The notes under the pieces are model-generated. The model was given only the letters and a program-made list of their open reading frames with translations. It made no database searches and was not told the origin of the DNA. From the NCBI GenBank assembly GCA_963793425.1, contig CAWCAG010000007.1, positions 96,001 through 160,000 of the forward strand: a DNA stretch of 64,000 nucleotides, read 5' to 3'. Every line of letters starts with the position of its first letter. The stretch's first letter is position 1. The translations under genes were made by a program, and so were the position numbers. Source of the stretch: an uncultured cyanobacterium. Lineage in GTDB: Bacteria; Cyanobacteriota; Cyanobacteriia; Cyanobacteriales; CAWCAG01. This document shows, piece after piece, positions 9,070 through 20,060 of this stretch.

Positions 9070-10608
9070 ATGATTTTTCCTGAATTTTCTGAGTTTTCAG
9101 ACCTAGCACAACAAGGTAATTTTGTTCCGGTTTATCAAGAGTGGGTAGCAGATTTAGAAACCCCTGTATCCGCTTGGTACAAAATTTGTGCCGGGCAGCC
9201 TTACAGTTTTTTGTTGGAATCAGTAGAAGCAGGAGAAAAATTAGGGCGTTATAGTTTCCTGGGCTGCGATCCTATGTGGATTTTACAAGCGAAAGGAAAT
9301 ACTAACACTCAGTTTAATCGCGATGGTTCTATTGACATCTATGAAGGTAATCCTTTTGAAGTTCTGAGTCAGTGCTTAGCCAGCATCAAGCCTGTTAACA
9401 TCCCTCAACTGCCGCCGGGAATTGGCGGTTTATTTGGCTTTTGGGGCTATGAATTAATTACTTGGACAGAACCCACCGTACCAATTTATGAAGCTACTGC
9501 TGAGGATTTACCAGATGGTGTCTGGATGCAGGTAGATAATTTGATTGTCTTCGATCAAGTGAAGCGGAAAATTTGGGCAATTTCCTATGCTGATTTACGA
9601 AACCCAGAAATAGAACTCCAGCAAGCTTATCAACAAGCCTGCGATCGCGTCACAAAGCTGATGGTTAAGCTACAACTACCTCTGCCTTTAGAAGCAAAAG
9701 CCTTGGAATGGACTCCCCGCTCAACCAGCAACAGCAACCTTTCTGGAGATTTAGCTTGGGAAAGTAATACTTCCCGTGCTGATTTTTGTCTCAATGTTGA
9801 GAAAGCCAAAGAATATATCCAGGCTGGAGATATTTTTCAAGTAGTTCTTTCCCAGCGTCTCCAGTCGAGTTACCACGGTGATCCTTTTAATCTTTATCGT
9901 TCTTTACGGGTCATTAATCCTTCTCCCTATATGTCTTACTATAATTTCGGAGATTGGCAGCTAATTGGCTCTTCTCCGGAAGTTATGGTTAAAGCAGAAG
10001 TTGAGTACGAAAAAGAAATCAAAGCGACCTTACGCCCCATTGCGGGTACAAGGAGGCGAGGAAAAACAGTAGTTGAAGACCTAGAGTTAGCTGAAGAATT
10101 ACTCGAAGATCCCAAAGAAGTAGCTGAGCATATTATGTTGGTGGATCTGGGGCGTAACGATTTAGGGAGGGTCTGCCAACATGGTGAAGTAAGTGTAGAT
10201 CAATTGATGACTATCGAACGCTATTCCCATGTCATGCACATCGTCAGCAACGTGATCGGGAAATTACAACCCGGTAAGACAGCCTGGGATTTGTTGAAAG
10301 CCTGCTTCCCAGCAGGAACCGTAAGCGGCGCACCCAAAATAAGAGCCATGGAAATTATCCATGAATTAGAGCCAGAGAGAAGGGGACCTTACTCTGGAGC
10401 TTACGGTTATTACGATTTTGAAGGCCAGCTCAACAGTGCTATTACCATTCGCACTATGGTAGTACGCTCAGACAAACCTAATCAGCAGATTGTTTCTGTA
10501 CAAGCTGGTGCTGGTTTAGTGGCCGATTCCCAACCAGAGAAGGAATACGAAGAAACATTGAATAAAGCAAGAGGTTTATTAGAGGCTATTCTTTGCTTGC
10601 AAGGTTAG
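9070..10608 (+). CDS. trpE: Anthranilate synthase component I
   Basis: FLLESVE, GDIFQVVLSQ, NPSPYM, RPIAGTR, EHIMLVDLGRND and PAGTVSGAPK. Downstream of psaD, as is typical. Confidence 0.93.
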   Translation: MIFPEFSEFSDLAQQGNFVPVYQEWVADLETPVSAWYKICAGQPYSFLLESVEAGEKLGRYSFLGCDPMWILQAKGNTNTQFNRDGSIDIYEGNPFEVLSQCLASIKPVNIPQLPPGIGGLFGFWGYELITWTEPTVPIYEATAEDLPDGVWMQVDNLIVFDQVKRKIWAISYADLRNPEIELQQAYQQACDRVTKLMVKLQLPLPLEAKALEWTPRSTSNSNLSGDLAWESNTSRADFCLNVEKAKEYIQAGDIFQVVLSQRLQSSYHGDPFNLYRSLRVINPSPYMSYYNFGDWQLIGSSPEVMVKAEVEYEKEIKATLRPIAGTRRRGKTVVEDLELAEELLEDPKEVAEHIMLVDLGRNDLGRVCQHGEVSVDQLMTIERYSHVMHIVSNVIGKLQPGKTAWDLLKACFPAGTVSGAPKIRAMEIIHELEPERRGPYSGAYGYYDFEGQLNSAITIRTMVVRSDKPNQQIVSVQAGAGLVADSQPEKEYEETLNKARGLLEAILCLQG

Positions 10609-10622
10609 AGCATCAAGAAAAT

Positions 10623-11960
10623 TTAAGTTCTGTCTCTATCAGCCAAAGGATCAATTTGCATAATCTTGGCCTCATAGGGAATTACTCCTGAATGCTCACC
10701 ACCCAAACAGCGAGCTGCCCCCAGAGATAAATCTAAAGTGCGAGGAGGAATATAAGGACCTCGGTCATTAATCCTCACAATCGCCGATTTTTTAGTATCT
10801 AGATTAGTGACTTTGAGGTAAGTATTGAAAGGCAAAGAAGGATGAGCAGCAGTCATAGCTAGCTGGTCATAGGTTTCTCCGTTAGCTGTTAAACGACCAT
10901 GGAAATAAGGGCCGTACCAAGAGGCTAATCCCTTAATTGCTTTAGAGCTACCCCCTAAATTGTACATTTGACTTTGCGCTTCTACCAAGTCTAGGGGAGA
11001 AGCCCCCAAAGCGATACGCAAATTGTTGACCCATTTGATTGCTAATAAATCAGGGTTTGGAGCATGATGCTCTGCTACTACCTTCTCATCAACAGTAAAT
11101 AAGACCTGTTCGTTTAGCTTAGCCCCTGGTTGGTTCTTGACTAAGGCAGGTTGAATACTATTAGGGTTGAAGTCTGGTTTGGCCAAAGCCTCATAGATTT
11201 GCTGTCTTAAAGAGTTAGCCATGGTGGAATCGCTTATCTCAGCAACAACCTGACCTTTAATAGAAACAGCATACTTTGCTCCAGATTGTTTTTTGGCCGC
11301 TTGTTGAGAAAGTCGTGGCAAAGAGAGCCAAAATTTCTTATTGTCCTGGTTTTTATTTTGACGGACCCATTCTTCTGCTTTGAGTTTGCTTGCAGTTACT
11401 TTCTTGACAGTAATAAGATCAGAACTTTTCAAGTTTAAGTTTTTGTTTGAGGAATCTCCTGATGAATTAAAAAGATTGCGTACCATTTTTCTCAGTTTTT
11501 GAGGGATGCCAAGTTGAGCAACTCTCTCTTTTGAGTTATTAGGTACTGATACTGATTCTTCCTTAAGAGATACAGATTTTGCTTTCCCATAAGAATAATC
11601 ATACTGAGGGACAGAAGCAGCTACAGGAGAAATATTGTGATTTTCTGCAATTAAAGTACAGAAACCTATTCCCTTGGAGCTGTTGGTGACAGCAGAATCA
11701 GAGGAAGTTGAGGCAACATTGAGGTTACTTACTAAAGTCGAGTGAGAGTCTACTTTAGACAATAAATAGTTGCTGTTAGCTGGTGCAGAAGGGACTGCGG
11801 CTAGGGCAAGAGTTTGCTTTTCCCAAGAGTCATTGAGCGCTGATAAGGCGTTCCCTGATAAATTGCCAGTAAAGTTATCTGGCAATTTTAGTAGGCCATG
11901 ACTAGAGGCGAGGAAAAAGCTCACCCAAGAAGTTACCCAAGCAAGTCTGAAAATAGGCAT
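10623..11960 (-). CDS. rlpA: Septal ring lytic transglycosylase RlpA family protein
   Basis: C-terminal DPBB domain: GLASWYGPYFHGRLTANGE...TAAHPSLPFNT...RINDRGPY. Confidence 0.88.
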   Translation of the reverse strand: MPIFRLAWVTSWVSFFLASSHGLLKLPDNFTGNLSGNALSALNDSWEKQTLALAAVPSAPANSNYLLSKVDSHSTLVSNLNVASTSSDSAVTNSSKGIGFCTLIAENHNISPVAASVPQYDYSYGKAKSVSLKEESVSVPNNSKERVAQLGIPQKLRKMVRNLFNSSGDSSNKNLNLKSSDLITVKKVTASKLKAEEWVRQNKNQDNKKFWLSLPRLSQQAAKKQSGAKYAVSIKGQVVAEISDSTMANSLRQQIYEALAKPDFNPNSIQPALVKNQPGAKLNEQVLFTVDEKVVAEHHAPNPDLLAIKWVNNLRIALGASPLDLVEAQSQMYNLGGSSKAIKGLASWYGPYFHGRLTANGETYDQLAMTAAHPSLPFNTYLKVTNLDTKKSAIVRINDRGPYIPPRTLDLSLGAARCLGGEHSGVIPYEAKIMQIDPLADRDRT

Positions 11961-13099
11961 GAGAAGTAAAATCTTTAGATGAGATACACTCTGGACTGCA
12001 AACAGTATTTTAGTATACAGAAGCTATATGTCAATAGATCAGTCTTAGGGCTGATCCCCAGTATTTCTTGAAAATAAAACTGAGAGTTGTTTAAAAGCGG
12101 GGATCAATTTTGATTATTCCTCCAAAAATAAAAATAATCTTACTGGTCTAATAGATAGCTATACTCTAGGTTTCCTGTTTTTTATGATTTATAACTCGAC
12201 ATTCGTTAAATCAATAGAACACTGGTGTTTATATTTGTTTTATAAATACTGTGGGGTAATTAATAATTTGTGTGGAATTATATGAGATACCAAAATGGTT
12301 GGCAACTTTGATGATTTGATTTCATGAATAGTTATTGGTTTGGCTAGCTACATTAATAAAGACGAAGTGAGTTTGCCGAAAAAGCCTGATAAATGGGAGC
12401 TTACTTCTTGTTTTGCTATCCTGAATTATGTATGTTCCTGGCTGCTTTAAATGTATGGATTTTTGCTAGCTTTGGATAAAAGCCAAACTTGACAAGGCAA
12501 ATGTTTATCGGAAAGAATCAATTATATAAATCTGGTCAATAATTTTGATCGGGAAGTCATTTTTAGGCAAGTTAGAATCATTATGTTATCTGAATTTAAT
12601 GTAAGAAAAGACAAGGTTTTCTTAAATAGCTAGAGATAATAATATTCCTGATTTTACCTTCGCTATTTTAAGATAATTCCTGGTCAATAAGCTTTGTGCT
12701 TAAAGTATATGGTTAGGTTTTTAAGTTGATTAAAATTTGATTTACTAGAGCTATTTTTCGCCTCAATAAAATTGCTTTGCTTATCTTTATTGCTTAATTA
12801 ATTAGAAAAGCTATTATGCCGAGATTCATCAAGATTGTAGAGAAAAGAGGAAGCTAAAGAGGTACTGATAGGTCTAAACCCCTTTATCTTAGCTAGTGGG
12901 GGTAACGTTAGTTGCCTTAGCTAAGAAGACTTTACTCAGAATTATTTGCCTAACTTAAGTAAAGTAGGGAGAGAAGAGAGATTATCTCTTCATTAACTTA
13001 GTAACAGAAGATTGATACCTAATTAATTTCCCCCTTAAATATTAAAGATAAGATTAACTTTTATGTATTTTCCCTGGATATGGAAAAACAACTATTTTC

Positions 13100-13308
13100 C
13101 TCAGTAATAAATTACCAAGAGGTAGTGACGGATGCGAAGTTACTCAACTCCAACATTCCCTGAGAGCTTGGTTTTTCACAACGGCCCCGTAACTGGTTAC
13201 TTTGGCTCCTTAACAGAGAAATCTGTAGTACAGTTTCAGCAAGCTATGGGTTTAGTTGTTGATGGAGTTGTTGGACTCCAAACTAGAAGAGCTTTGGCTA
13301 CCGAGTAG
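13100..13308 (+). pseudogene. Peptidoglycan-binding (PG_binding_1) domain remnant
   Basis: Manual translation gives RGSDGCEVTQLQHSLR, a frameshift at ~13170, then HNGPVTGYFGSLTEKSVVQFQQAMGLVVDGVVGLQTRRAL*. No in-frame start. Confidence 0.7.
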
Positions 13309-13360
13309 CTGTCGTGGCAGTAAAATAAGCATTTAAACTGCTCGACACCATAGCCAGATC

Positions 13361-14752
13361 ATGTCTACTTCCCCTGCTACCCTCGCTCAAACTCTCCATA
13401 GAAGGCGGAAAAAACTAGCAAAATTAATTGACAGACCAGTTATTTTGTGGTCAGGACAAGCCTCTTCCCGTAACTTCCCTAGTAATCGTTTTCCTTTTCG
13501 TGCTAGCAGTCATTTTCTCTATTTTGCTGGTTTACCTATAGAAAATGCAGCTATTCGCCTAGAAAACGGCAAGTTGAGTTTATTTAAAGATGATGCTTCT
13601 CCTGACACTATTCTGTGGCACGGAGAAATGCCGACAAGAGAAGAAATTGCTCAAGTAATCGGGGCAGACATGGCTTATCCTTTAGCTGAGTTAGTCTCTC
13701 AAGCCGAAGGGGCAGCTACTATCGCAGTACAGGATAGGAAGACTTATCAAGAGCAAATTGACACCCTCAATCGGACGGTAAATGGGTTTCCCCAAGGAAT
13801 TGATTTACAGTTAGCTAAAGCAATTATTAAATTACGCCTCATTTGTGATGCCGATGCCTTAGCTGAGTTACGTCAAGCGGCCTTTGTTTCAGTACAGGCC
13901 CATAAAATTGGTATGGCAACGACCCTTAATGTGAGGACAGAGGCTGAAGTGCGGGGGGCAATGGAGGGGGTGATTATGGCGAATAATATGACCTGTGCTT
14001 ACTCTAGCATCGTCACCGTACAGGGAGAAATACTACACAACGAAGATTATGGTTATCCTCTTCAATCAGGAGGCTTATTATTAGCTGATGTGGGGGCTGA
14101 AACAGAAATGGGTTGGGCTTGCGATCTTACCCGAACTTGGCCGGTTAGGGGAACGTTTTCTTCTACCCAAAGAGCGATTTACGATCTTGTTTTAGCGGCC
14201 CATGATGCTTGTCTTGAGAAAGTGAGTCCTAATGTGGAATATCGGGATATACATCTTTTAGCAGCTTCTATTATTACGGCAGGATTAGTCGATTTAGGGA
14301 TTTTGCGAGGTAAGGTTGAAGATTTAGTTGCTATGGATGCCCATGCTTTGTTTTTTCCCCACGGTATTGGTCATTTGTTGGGTTTAGATGTCCACGATAT
14401 GGAAGATTTAGGAGATTTAGCTGGCTATGAGACAGGTAGGAAAAGAAGCGATCGCTTTGGCTTATCTTATTTACGTCTTCACCGTCCTTTGAAACCAGGT
14501 ATGGTGATCACGATTGAACCAGGGTTTTATCAAGTTCCGGCTATTCTCAATAACCCGAAACACCGTGCCAGATATCATAGTGTCGTTGATTGGGAACGTT
14601 TGGCTCAATTTGCTGATGTGCGGGGTATTCGTATTGAAGATGATGTTTTGGTAACTCAGGAAGGAAGAGAAGTTTTAACCGTTGAGTTGCCAACCCAAGC
14701 TGAAGCTATTGAACAAATAGTGCGAGGAAGGCTAAGACAATTTGCTGAGTAA
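13361..14752 (+). CDS. pepP: Xaa-Pro aminopeptidase (aminopeptidase P, M24B)
   Basis: DVGAE, DLTRTWP, HGIGHLLGLDVHD, TIEPG and GIRIEDD metal-ligand motifs. Confidence 0.9.
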   Translation: MSTSPATLAQTLHRRRKKLAKLIDRPVILWSGQASSRNFPSNRFPFRASSHFLYFAGLPIENAAIRLENGKLSLFKDDASPDTILWHGEMPTREEIAQVIGADMAYPLAELVSQAEGAATIAVQDRKTYQEQIDTLNRTVNGFPQGIDLQLAKAIIKLRLICDADALAELRQAAFVSVQAHKIGMATTLNVRTEAEVRGAMEGVIMANNMTCAYSSIVTVQGEILHNEDYGYPLQSGGLLLADVGAETEMGWACDLTRTWPVRGTFSSTQRAIYDLVLAAHDACLEKVSPNVEYRDIHLLAASIITAGLVDLGILRGKVEDLVAMDAHALFFPHGIGHLLGLDVHDMEDLGDLAGYETGRKRSDRFGLSYLRLHRPLKPGMVITIEPGFYQVPAILNNPKHRARYHSVVDWERLAQFADVRGIRIEDDVLVTQEGREVLTVELPTQAEAIEQIVRGRLRQFAE

Positions 14753-14924
14753 TCTCTTCAAAATTTAAGTGCTTACTTGAGGCAGTTTTCCCTTAAAATA
14801 GTTATCCTAGCTCATTGACAGAATATTTTATGCCTCTATGGGACTAACACTTTAAGCCAGTTTTACACTATATTTAGAGTACTGAACTAGCTTACTACGC
14901 TATATATAGTGTTAACCTGAATCC

Positions 14925-15329
14925 ATGAGCGCTCTTCCTCTTCCCCAATTTGAAATTCATACAGCTTCTCAACTAGTAGACTATTTACAGTCTGCTGTAA
15001 GTTGGCGCGAAGTGGAAAACCTCACTTTGAACTATCCTGACTGGAAGGCTGAAGCTTGGGAGATGCTCTTAGAAGAAGATAGAGAGCGCATTAAAGCTTT
15101 GAAGAAATGGGCCAACCATCCCCTAGCTCAAAAATTTCCTCCTCATTCGATAGTACAACGCCTAGATGATAAAGAAGGACAAACTGGTAAAGTGGTTAAC
15201 TATTGGAGTGCCTACGGTATAGACTACATAACTTTTTCCGTTGACCAGGATATTGATTGGTGTAGGGCTAGTAAATTAAAGAGAGTGAGAGTTGAGAAGA
15301 AGACACTCTCGGCAAATATTTCTAATTGA
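14925..15329 (+). CDS. Hypothetical protein
   Basis: 134-aa ORF with ATG start, a helical N-half and a beta-rich SH3-like C-half. Confidence 0.7.
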   Translation: MSALPLPQFEIHTASQLVDYLQSAVSWREVENLTLNYPDWKAEAWEMLLEEDRERIKALKKWANHPLAQKFPPHSIVQRLDDKEGQTGKVVNYWSAYGIDYITFSVDQDIDWCRASKLKRVRVEKKTLSANISN

Positions 15330-15434
15330 GATGCTTGAACAGATTTTACTGCCGTAGCTGTACAAGTCTGAAACTGCTTCGGTATCTGTATCAAAACTGT
15401 GTCTTGCTGGATGAAAGGAAATAGCTCTAGCATA

Positions 15435-15923
15435 TTAACAATGATGAATTGACCATTGCTCAGGATTAGACTTATCTATCACTTCGACGTGAGAGTAGGT
15501 TTCTATCCATAACACTGCTCCGCAATCTCTCGGCCTTCCGGCACAATAATCAATGCGGCAACGACCATGGATCTCTAATTCATGACCACGAATGGTACGA
15601 TTGCTACTCCCTTTGACACTAACCACCGTCTTTAAAGGAGTATTAGGCCCCTTTTCTTTGATCCTTGTCTCGTTGTCTTTAATATGGTTTTTGTTGACAT
15701 AAATAATCTTTTTCTTTCCAGCGCCCAGCTTGCTCCAGCGAGGTAAGGGGCCCTTATGAGCGCGAGAAATCTTTGGTTTGCCACGATACAAAGGTATGAC
15801 CCAACTTCTTTGCTTTTTATAAGCGCCTTTGATTCTTTTTTGGTGGAGCAAATAAAGAACTCTTCTTTGGCCAACTCCTAATATCTGGGCAGCAATAGAA
15901 GTGTTGATATATTCCATGATCAA
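15435..15923 (-). CDS. Excisionase/MerR-like HTH protein with an unknown C-terminal domain
   Basis: INTSIAAQILGVGQRRVLYLL...RIKGAYK...WVIP is an HTH_17-like winged helix. RBS AGGAG lies upstream. Confidence 0.75.
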   Translation of the reverse strand: MIMEYINTSIAAQILGVGQRRVLYLLHQKRIKGAYKKQRSWVIPLYRGKPKISRAHKGPLPRWSKLGAGKKKIIYVNKNHIKDNETRIKEKGPNTPLKTVVSVKGSSNRTIRGHELEIHGRCRIDYCAGRPRDCGAVLWIETYSHVEVIDKSNPEQWSIHHC

Positions 15924-16022
15924 TCTCCTTTAACACTAATCCGAATAGTAATCTACACCAAAAAGTGACTTGAAAACAGTCTTTCACTGAACAATAGCAA
16001 TATTTCTGAAAAGCTAAATTAT

Positions 16023-16979
16023 TTAGTCTTCAACATACAAAGATTTGATCCATTCCCACTCCCTTGCTAATCCTTCTGATAAAGAAACTTGAGGATTATA
16101 ACCTAATAACTTCTTGGCCTTAGAAACATCAGCACTGGTATGACGAGCATCTCCCATCGCTTTAGCAATATGATTCCTTTCGATGGGCTTGCCGACAATC
16201 TGTTCCATCGTATTGAGAACATCTGCTAAGACAACACGACTACCTCCCCCAACATTAAACACTTCTCCTACTGCTTCTGGCGCTTCTGCTGCTGCTAAAT
16301 TGGCGGCGATCGCATCACTAATAAAAGTAAAATCTCTTGTTTGCTGTCCGTCACCATAAATAGGTATAGCTTCATCAGCTAAAACAGCTTTTAAAAATTT
16401 ATGGAAAGCCATATCTGGGCGTTGACGAGGCCCATATACAGTAAAGTAGCGCAGGGCAGTAACAGGAACTTGAAAATTTTGGTGATAAAGCCAGCATAAA
16501 CGTTCTGCTGCTAACTTAGTAATACCATAGGGAGAAACAGGTTGAGGGCAAATGGTTTCTGGGGTAGGCATAGTTTCTGCGTTGCCATACACCGAAGAAG
16601 TAGAAGCATAAACAAATCGCTTCAATGAAGGAGCATCTTTGGCTGCTTCTAACATTATTTGCGTCGCATTGATATTACGTTCTGTATAATGGCGAAAACC
16701 ATCACCCCAACTCGCACGAACCCCTGCTTGGGCCGCTTGATGATAAACTACTTCCACATTTACCAAAAGCTTTGACCAATCCAAGATTTGAATATCGGCT
16801 TCGATTAGTTCAAAATCAGAGTTATTGAGTAAATTGGCTACATTCTTGCGCTTCAGTTTAGTATCGTAATAATCGTTAAATTGATCGATACCAATAACTC
16901 TATCTCCCTTTCGCAGAAGTGTTTCTGCTAGGTGAGAAGCAATAAAACCAGCAACGCCTGTAACGATATGAGTAGCCAT
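16023..16979 (-). CDS. NAD-dependent epimerase/dehydratase (UDP-glucuronate epimerase-like)
   Basis: TGVAGFIASH, AAQAGVR, YGITK, RYFTVYGPRQRPDMA. Confidence 0.92.
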   Translation of the reverse strand: MATHIVTGVAGFIASHLAETLLRKGDRVIGIDQFNDYYDTKLKRKNVANLLNNSDFELIEADIQILDWSKLLVNVEVVYHQAAQAGVRASWGDGFRHYTERNINATQIMLEAAKDAPSLKRFVYASTSSVYGNAETMPTPETICPQPVSPYGITKLAAERLCWLYHQNFQVPVTALRYFTVYGPRQRPDMAFHKFLKAVLADEAIPIYGDGQQTRDFTFISDAIAANLAAAEAPEAVGEVFNVGGGSRVVLADVLNTMEQIVGKPIERNHIAKAMGDARHTSADVSKAKKLLGYNPQVSLSEGLAREWEWIKSLYVED

Positions 16980-17231
16980 AAACAGTTATTCAGTAAAAAA
17001 CCTTTTGGATTGACAAAATAAACTAATTCTGCACCATCATGGCATAATTTTTTAGTGATCATTAAGTCGGCTGAGACAATTAAATCCCTTAACTAGGGCT
17101 GCAACTAAAATTTCTCAATTAATCTATCCCACTTCTTAAAAGAACTATATCGATAATCCCCACCTCTGGTTGAGATCCTATAAAGTGTGAAATAGACAAA
17201 ATGACCGTATAATCTCAATCAATACACTTGT

Positions 17232-19138
17232 ATGCACATAAGTGAAATAACCCATCCTAACCAATTGCACGGTCTGTCGGTGCGTCAGTTAGAAAATATT
17301 GCCCGTCAGATAAGAGAAAAACATTTAGAAACAGTTGCTGCTAGCGGCGGCCACTGGGGCCAGGTTTAGGAGTAGTGGAGTTAACCATTGCCCTTTATCA
17401 AACCCTTGATCTTGATAAAGACAAAGTAATTTGGGATGTTGGCCACCAAGCCTACCCCCATAAAATGTTAACGGGGAGATATCACGACTTCCATACCCTG
17501 CGCCAAAAAGATGGTGTAGCGGGCTATTGTAAGCGCAGTGAAAGCAAGTTTGACCACTTTGGGGCTGGTCATGCTTCTACTAGTATTTCTGCTGCTTTAG
17601 GTATGGCTATGGCTAGGGATGCTAAAGGAGAAGATTTTAAAGCAGTAGCCGTTATTGGCGATGGCGCTTTAACCGGAGGCATGGCCTTAGAGGCGATTAA
17701 TCATGCTGGACATTTACCTAACACAAGGTTAATGGTGGTTTTGAATGATAATGAGATGTCCATTTCTCCTAATGTGGGAGCAATTTCTCGCTATCTTAAT
17801 AAAGTCCGTCTTTCTCCCCCTGTTCAATTCCTTTCTGGTAATTTAGAAGAACAATTTAAGCAAATACCGTTTGTGGGTGAGTCTCTTTCCCCAGATATGG
17901 AAAGAGTTAAAGAAGGAATGAAGCGTCTTGCTGTACCGAAAGTGGGTGCTGTGATTGAAGAATTAGGCTTTAAATACTTCGGTCCCATTGATGGCCATAA
18001 CCTCGAAGAGTTAATTACTACCTTTAAGCGAGCCCATGAAGTTAAGGGGCCAGTATTAGTTCATGTTGCTACTGTTAAAGGTAAAGGTTATGAAATTGCC
18101 GAAAAAGACCAAGTGGGTTACCATGCCCAAAAACCTTTTAACTTAGCTACAGGTAAAGCCAATCCTTCTAACAAGCCTACCCCCCCTGGCTATTCCAAAG
18201 TTTTTGCCCACACTTTAACCAAGCTGGCAGAAAATAACAGTAAAATTATTGGTATTACTGCGGCTATGGCTACGGGGACAGGGTTAGATAAACTACAGAA
18301 AAATCTGCCCAAGCAATACATTGATGTCGGTATCGCCGAACAACACGCCATTACCCTTGCTGCGGGTTTAGCTTGCGAAGGGATGCGTCCTGTGGCTACT
18401 ATTTACTCTACCTTCTTGCAAAGAGCTTACGATCAAGTTATTCACGACGTTTGTATCCAAAAACTACCTGTGTTTTTCTGTTTAGATCGTGCTGGTATTG
18501 TTGGTGCTGACGGCCCTACCCACCAAGGAATGTACGATATTGCTTATATGCGCTGCTTGCCTAATATGGTGGTGATGGCCCCTAAAGATGAAGCAGAATT
18601 GCAGAGGATGGTGGTGACAGGAATCAACCATACCAAAGGACCCATAACCATGCGTTATCCTCGTGGTAACGGTATTGGGGTTCCTTTAATGGAAGATGGA
18701 TGGGAACCTATAGAAATTGGTAAAGGAGAAATTCTGCGCCACGGCGACGATATCTTATTATTAGGTTATGGTGCTATGGTTCACCCCACCCTTCAAGTAG
18801 CAGAAATTCTTAATGAACACGGTGTTCAAGCTACGGTAATTAATGCTCGCTTTACTAAACCTTTGGATACTGAATTAATTTTGCCCTTGGCAAAACGAAT
18901 TGGTAAAGTAATTACCTTAGAAGAAGGTTGTTTAATGGGAGGTTTTGGTTCGGCGGTAGGAGAAGCTTTATTAGACCATGATCTACAAGTTTCCCTGAAG
19001 CGTTTTGGTGTTCCTGACCTTTTAGTAGACCATGCTACAGCTAATCAATCCAAAGCAGATTTGGGTTTGACACCGCAGCAAATTGCTGAAAAAACCTTGA
19101 AAACTTTCTTTAGTAAGCAGCCTTCTACTGTTAGCTGA
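17232..19138 (+). CDS. dxs: 1-deoxy-D-xylulose-5-phosphate synthase (1-bp frameshift at ~17355)
   Basis: ATG 17232 gives [16 protein letters not shown]...AASGGH. After the shift the frame reads [10 protein letters not shown]...[27 protein letters not shown] and GADGPTH. Confidence 0.95.
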
Positions 19139-19149
19139 AGCAACTAAAA

Positions 19150-19186
19150 TAGTTGTAGAGATGTTGCCGTAGTGTCTCTACAACTA
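19150..19186. repeat. REP-like palindrome
   Basis: TAGTTGTAGAGA...TCTCTACAACTA, a 12-bp perfect inverted repeat just after dxs. Confidence 0.75.
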
Positions 19187-19253
19187 GGAAAAATTCAATT
19201 AATGGAATAGCAATTATTGATAGGATCAATAAAGAGGAGAACAGGAGAATATA

Positions 19254-19463
19254 ATGGAAGCCATAAAAGTAAATTGTGCGGAAGACTGCATTGACGGTTG
19301 TGTTTTAGGAGACAAATGCCCCAACCTAGAATATGCTGATTCAGCATCCCAGTTTGTTAGTAATACTTCTTTAGATAAAATGCACGAAATTGCTGAAGAA
19401 GCAAGAAGAAAAAAGTTGATGGAACCAACACCAACTAAGTGGGTTATTCCTGACGAAATTTAG
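19254..19463 (+). CDS. Small Cys-rich hypothetical protein
   Basis: VNCAEDCIDGCVLGDKCPN motif, with RBS AGGAG upstream. Confidence 0.75.
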   Translation: MEAIKVNCAEDCIDGCVLGDKCPNLEYADSASQFVSNTSLDKMHEIAEEARRKKLMEPTPTKWVIPDEI

Positions 19464-19469
19464 TATGAA

Positions 19470-19497
19470 AAAAGGGATACAAGTATTTTGCATCCCC
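19470..19497. terminator. Hairpin terminator between convergent genes
   Basis: AAAAA-GGGATACAA...TTGCATCCC stem. Confidence 0.55.
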
Positions 19498-19520
19498 CAC
19501 CCATAATCAAATCAATGCTT

Positions 19521-20060
19521 TTAGAAGGCGTAACCAGCCCCCAATTGTATGCTTACAGCAGAAGCGGGGCTGTTTTGATAAGCATCAATACCTAACTTGG
19601 TGTCGCCGTAAATCATTAAATGAGAACCAATTTGGGTTTCTGCACCGACAGCGAGTACCGCAGCATCTTCGTTACCAAGAGGAGTTGGTTGCCCATCTTG
19701 CTCAACAAAAGAGTAACCTGCACCAAAATAAACATTAGTATTTTTCATGACAGGTACATCCACAGAAACCATCGGAATAATGGCTGAGGTTTCATCACTA
19801 GCTAAGACTGCGCCCCGTAAAGAGACGGGAGTATTAGGGACTGCGTAGCGTCCTTGTACTTGATAACCTAATGTTGCGGCATCCCCTGTTTGTCCGCCGT
19901 TGGTGATGCCAGCAGCCGCGCCGCCACCAATGTAGTTAGCATCGGTTCCTTTGTTATTAACTGTTTCAGCAAAAGCGGCTCCAGGAGTTAAGAAAAGAGG
20001 AGTAACGACTAAAGCAGATAATGCAGAAAGTGCGAGCTTAGATTTGATTGTACGTTCCAT
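19521..20060 (-). CDS. Small outer-membrane beta-barrel protein
   Basis: Signal peptide ending AAFA, amphipathic strands, and C-terminal IQLGAGYAF with terminal Phe. Confidence 0.75.
   Translation of the reverse strand: MERTIKSKLALSALSALVVTPLFLTPGAAFAETVNNKGTDANYIGGGAAAGITNGGQTGDAATLGYQVQGRYAVPNTPVSLRGAVLASDETSAIIPMVSVDVPVMKNTNVYFGAGYSFVEQDGQPTPLGNEDAAVLAVGAETQIGSHLMIYGDTKLGIDAYQNSPASAVSIQLGAGYAF

Noticed and set aside
12005..12018. GTA-N8-TAC NtcA-like box upstream of rlpA
   Set aside because: Only the minimal consensus matches in AT-rich DNA, which is likely by chance.
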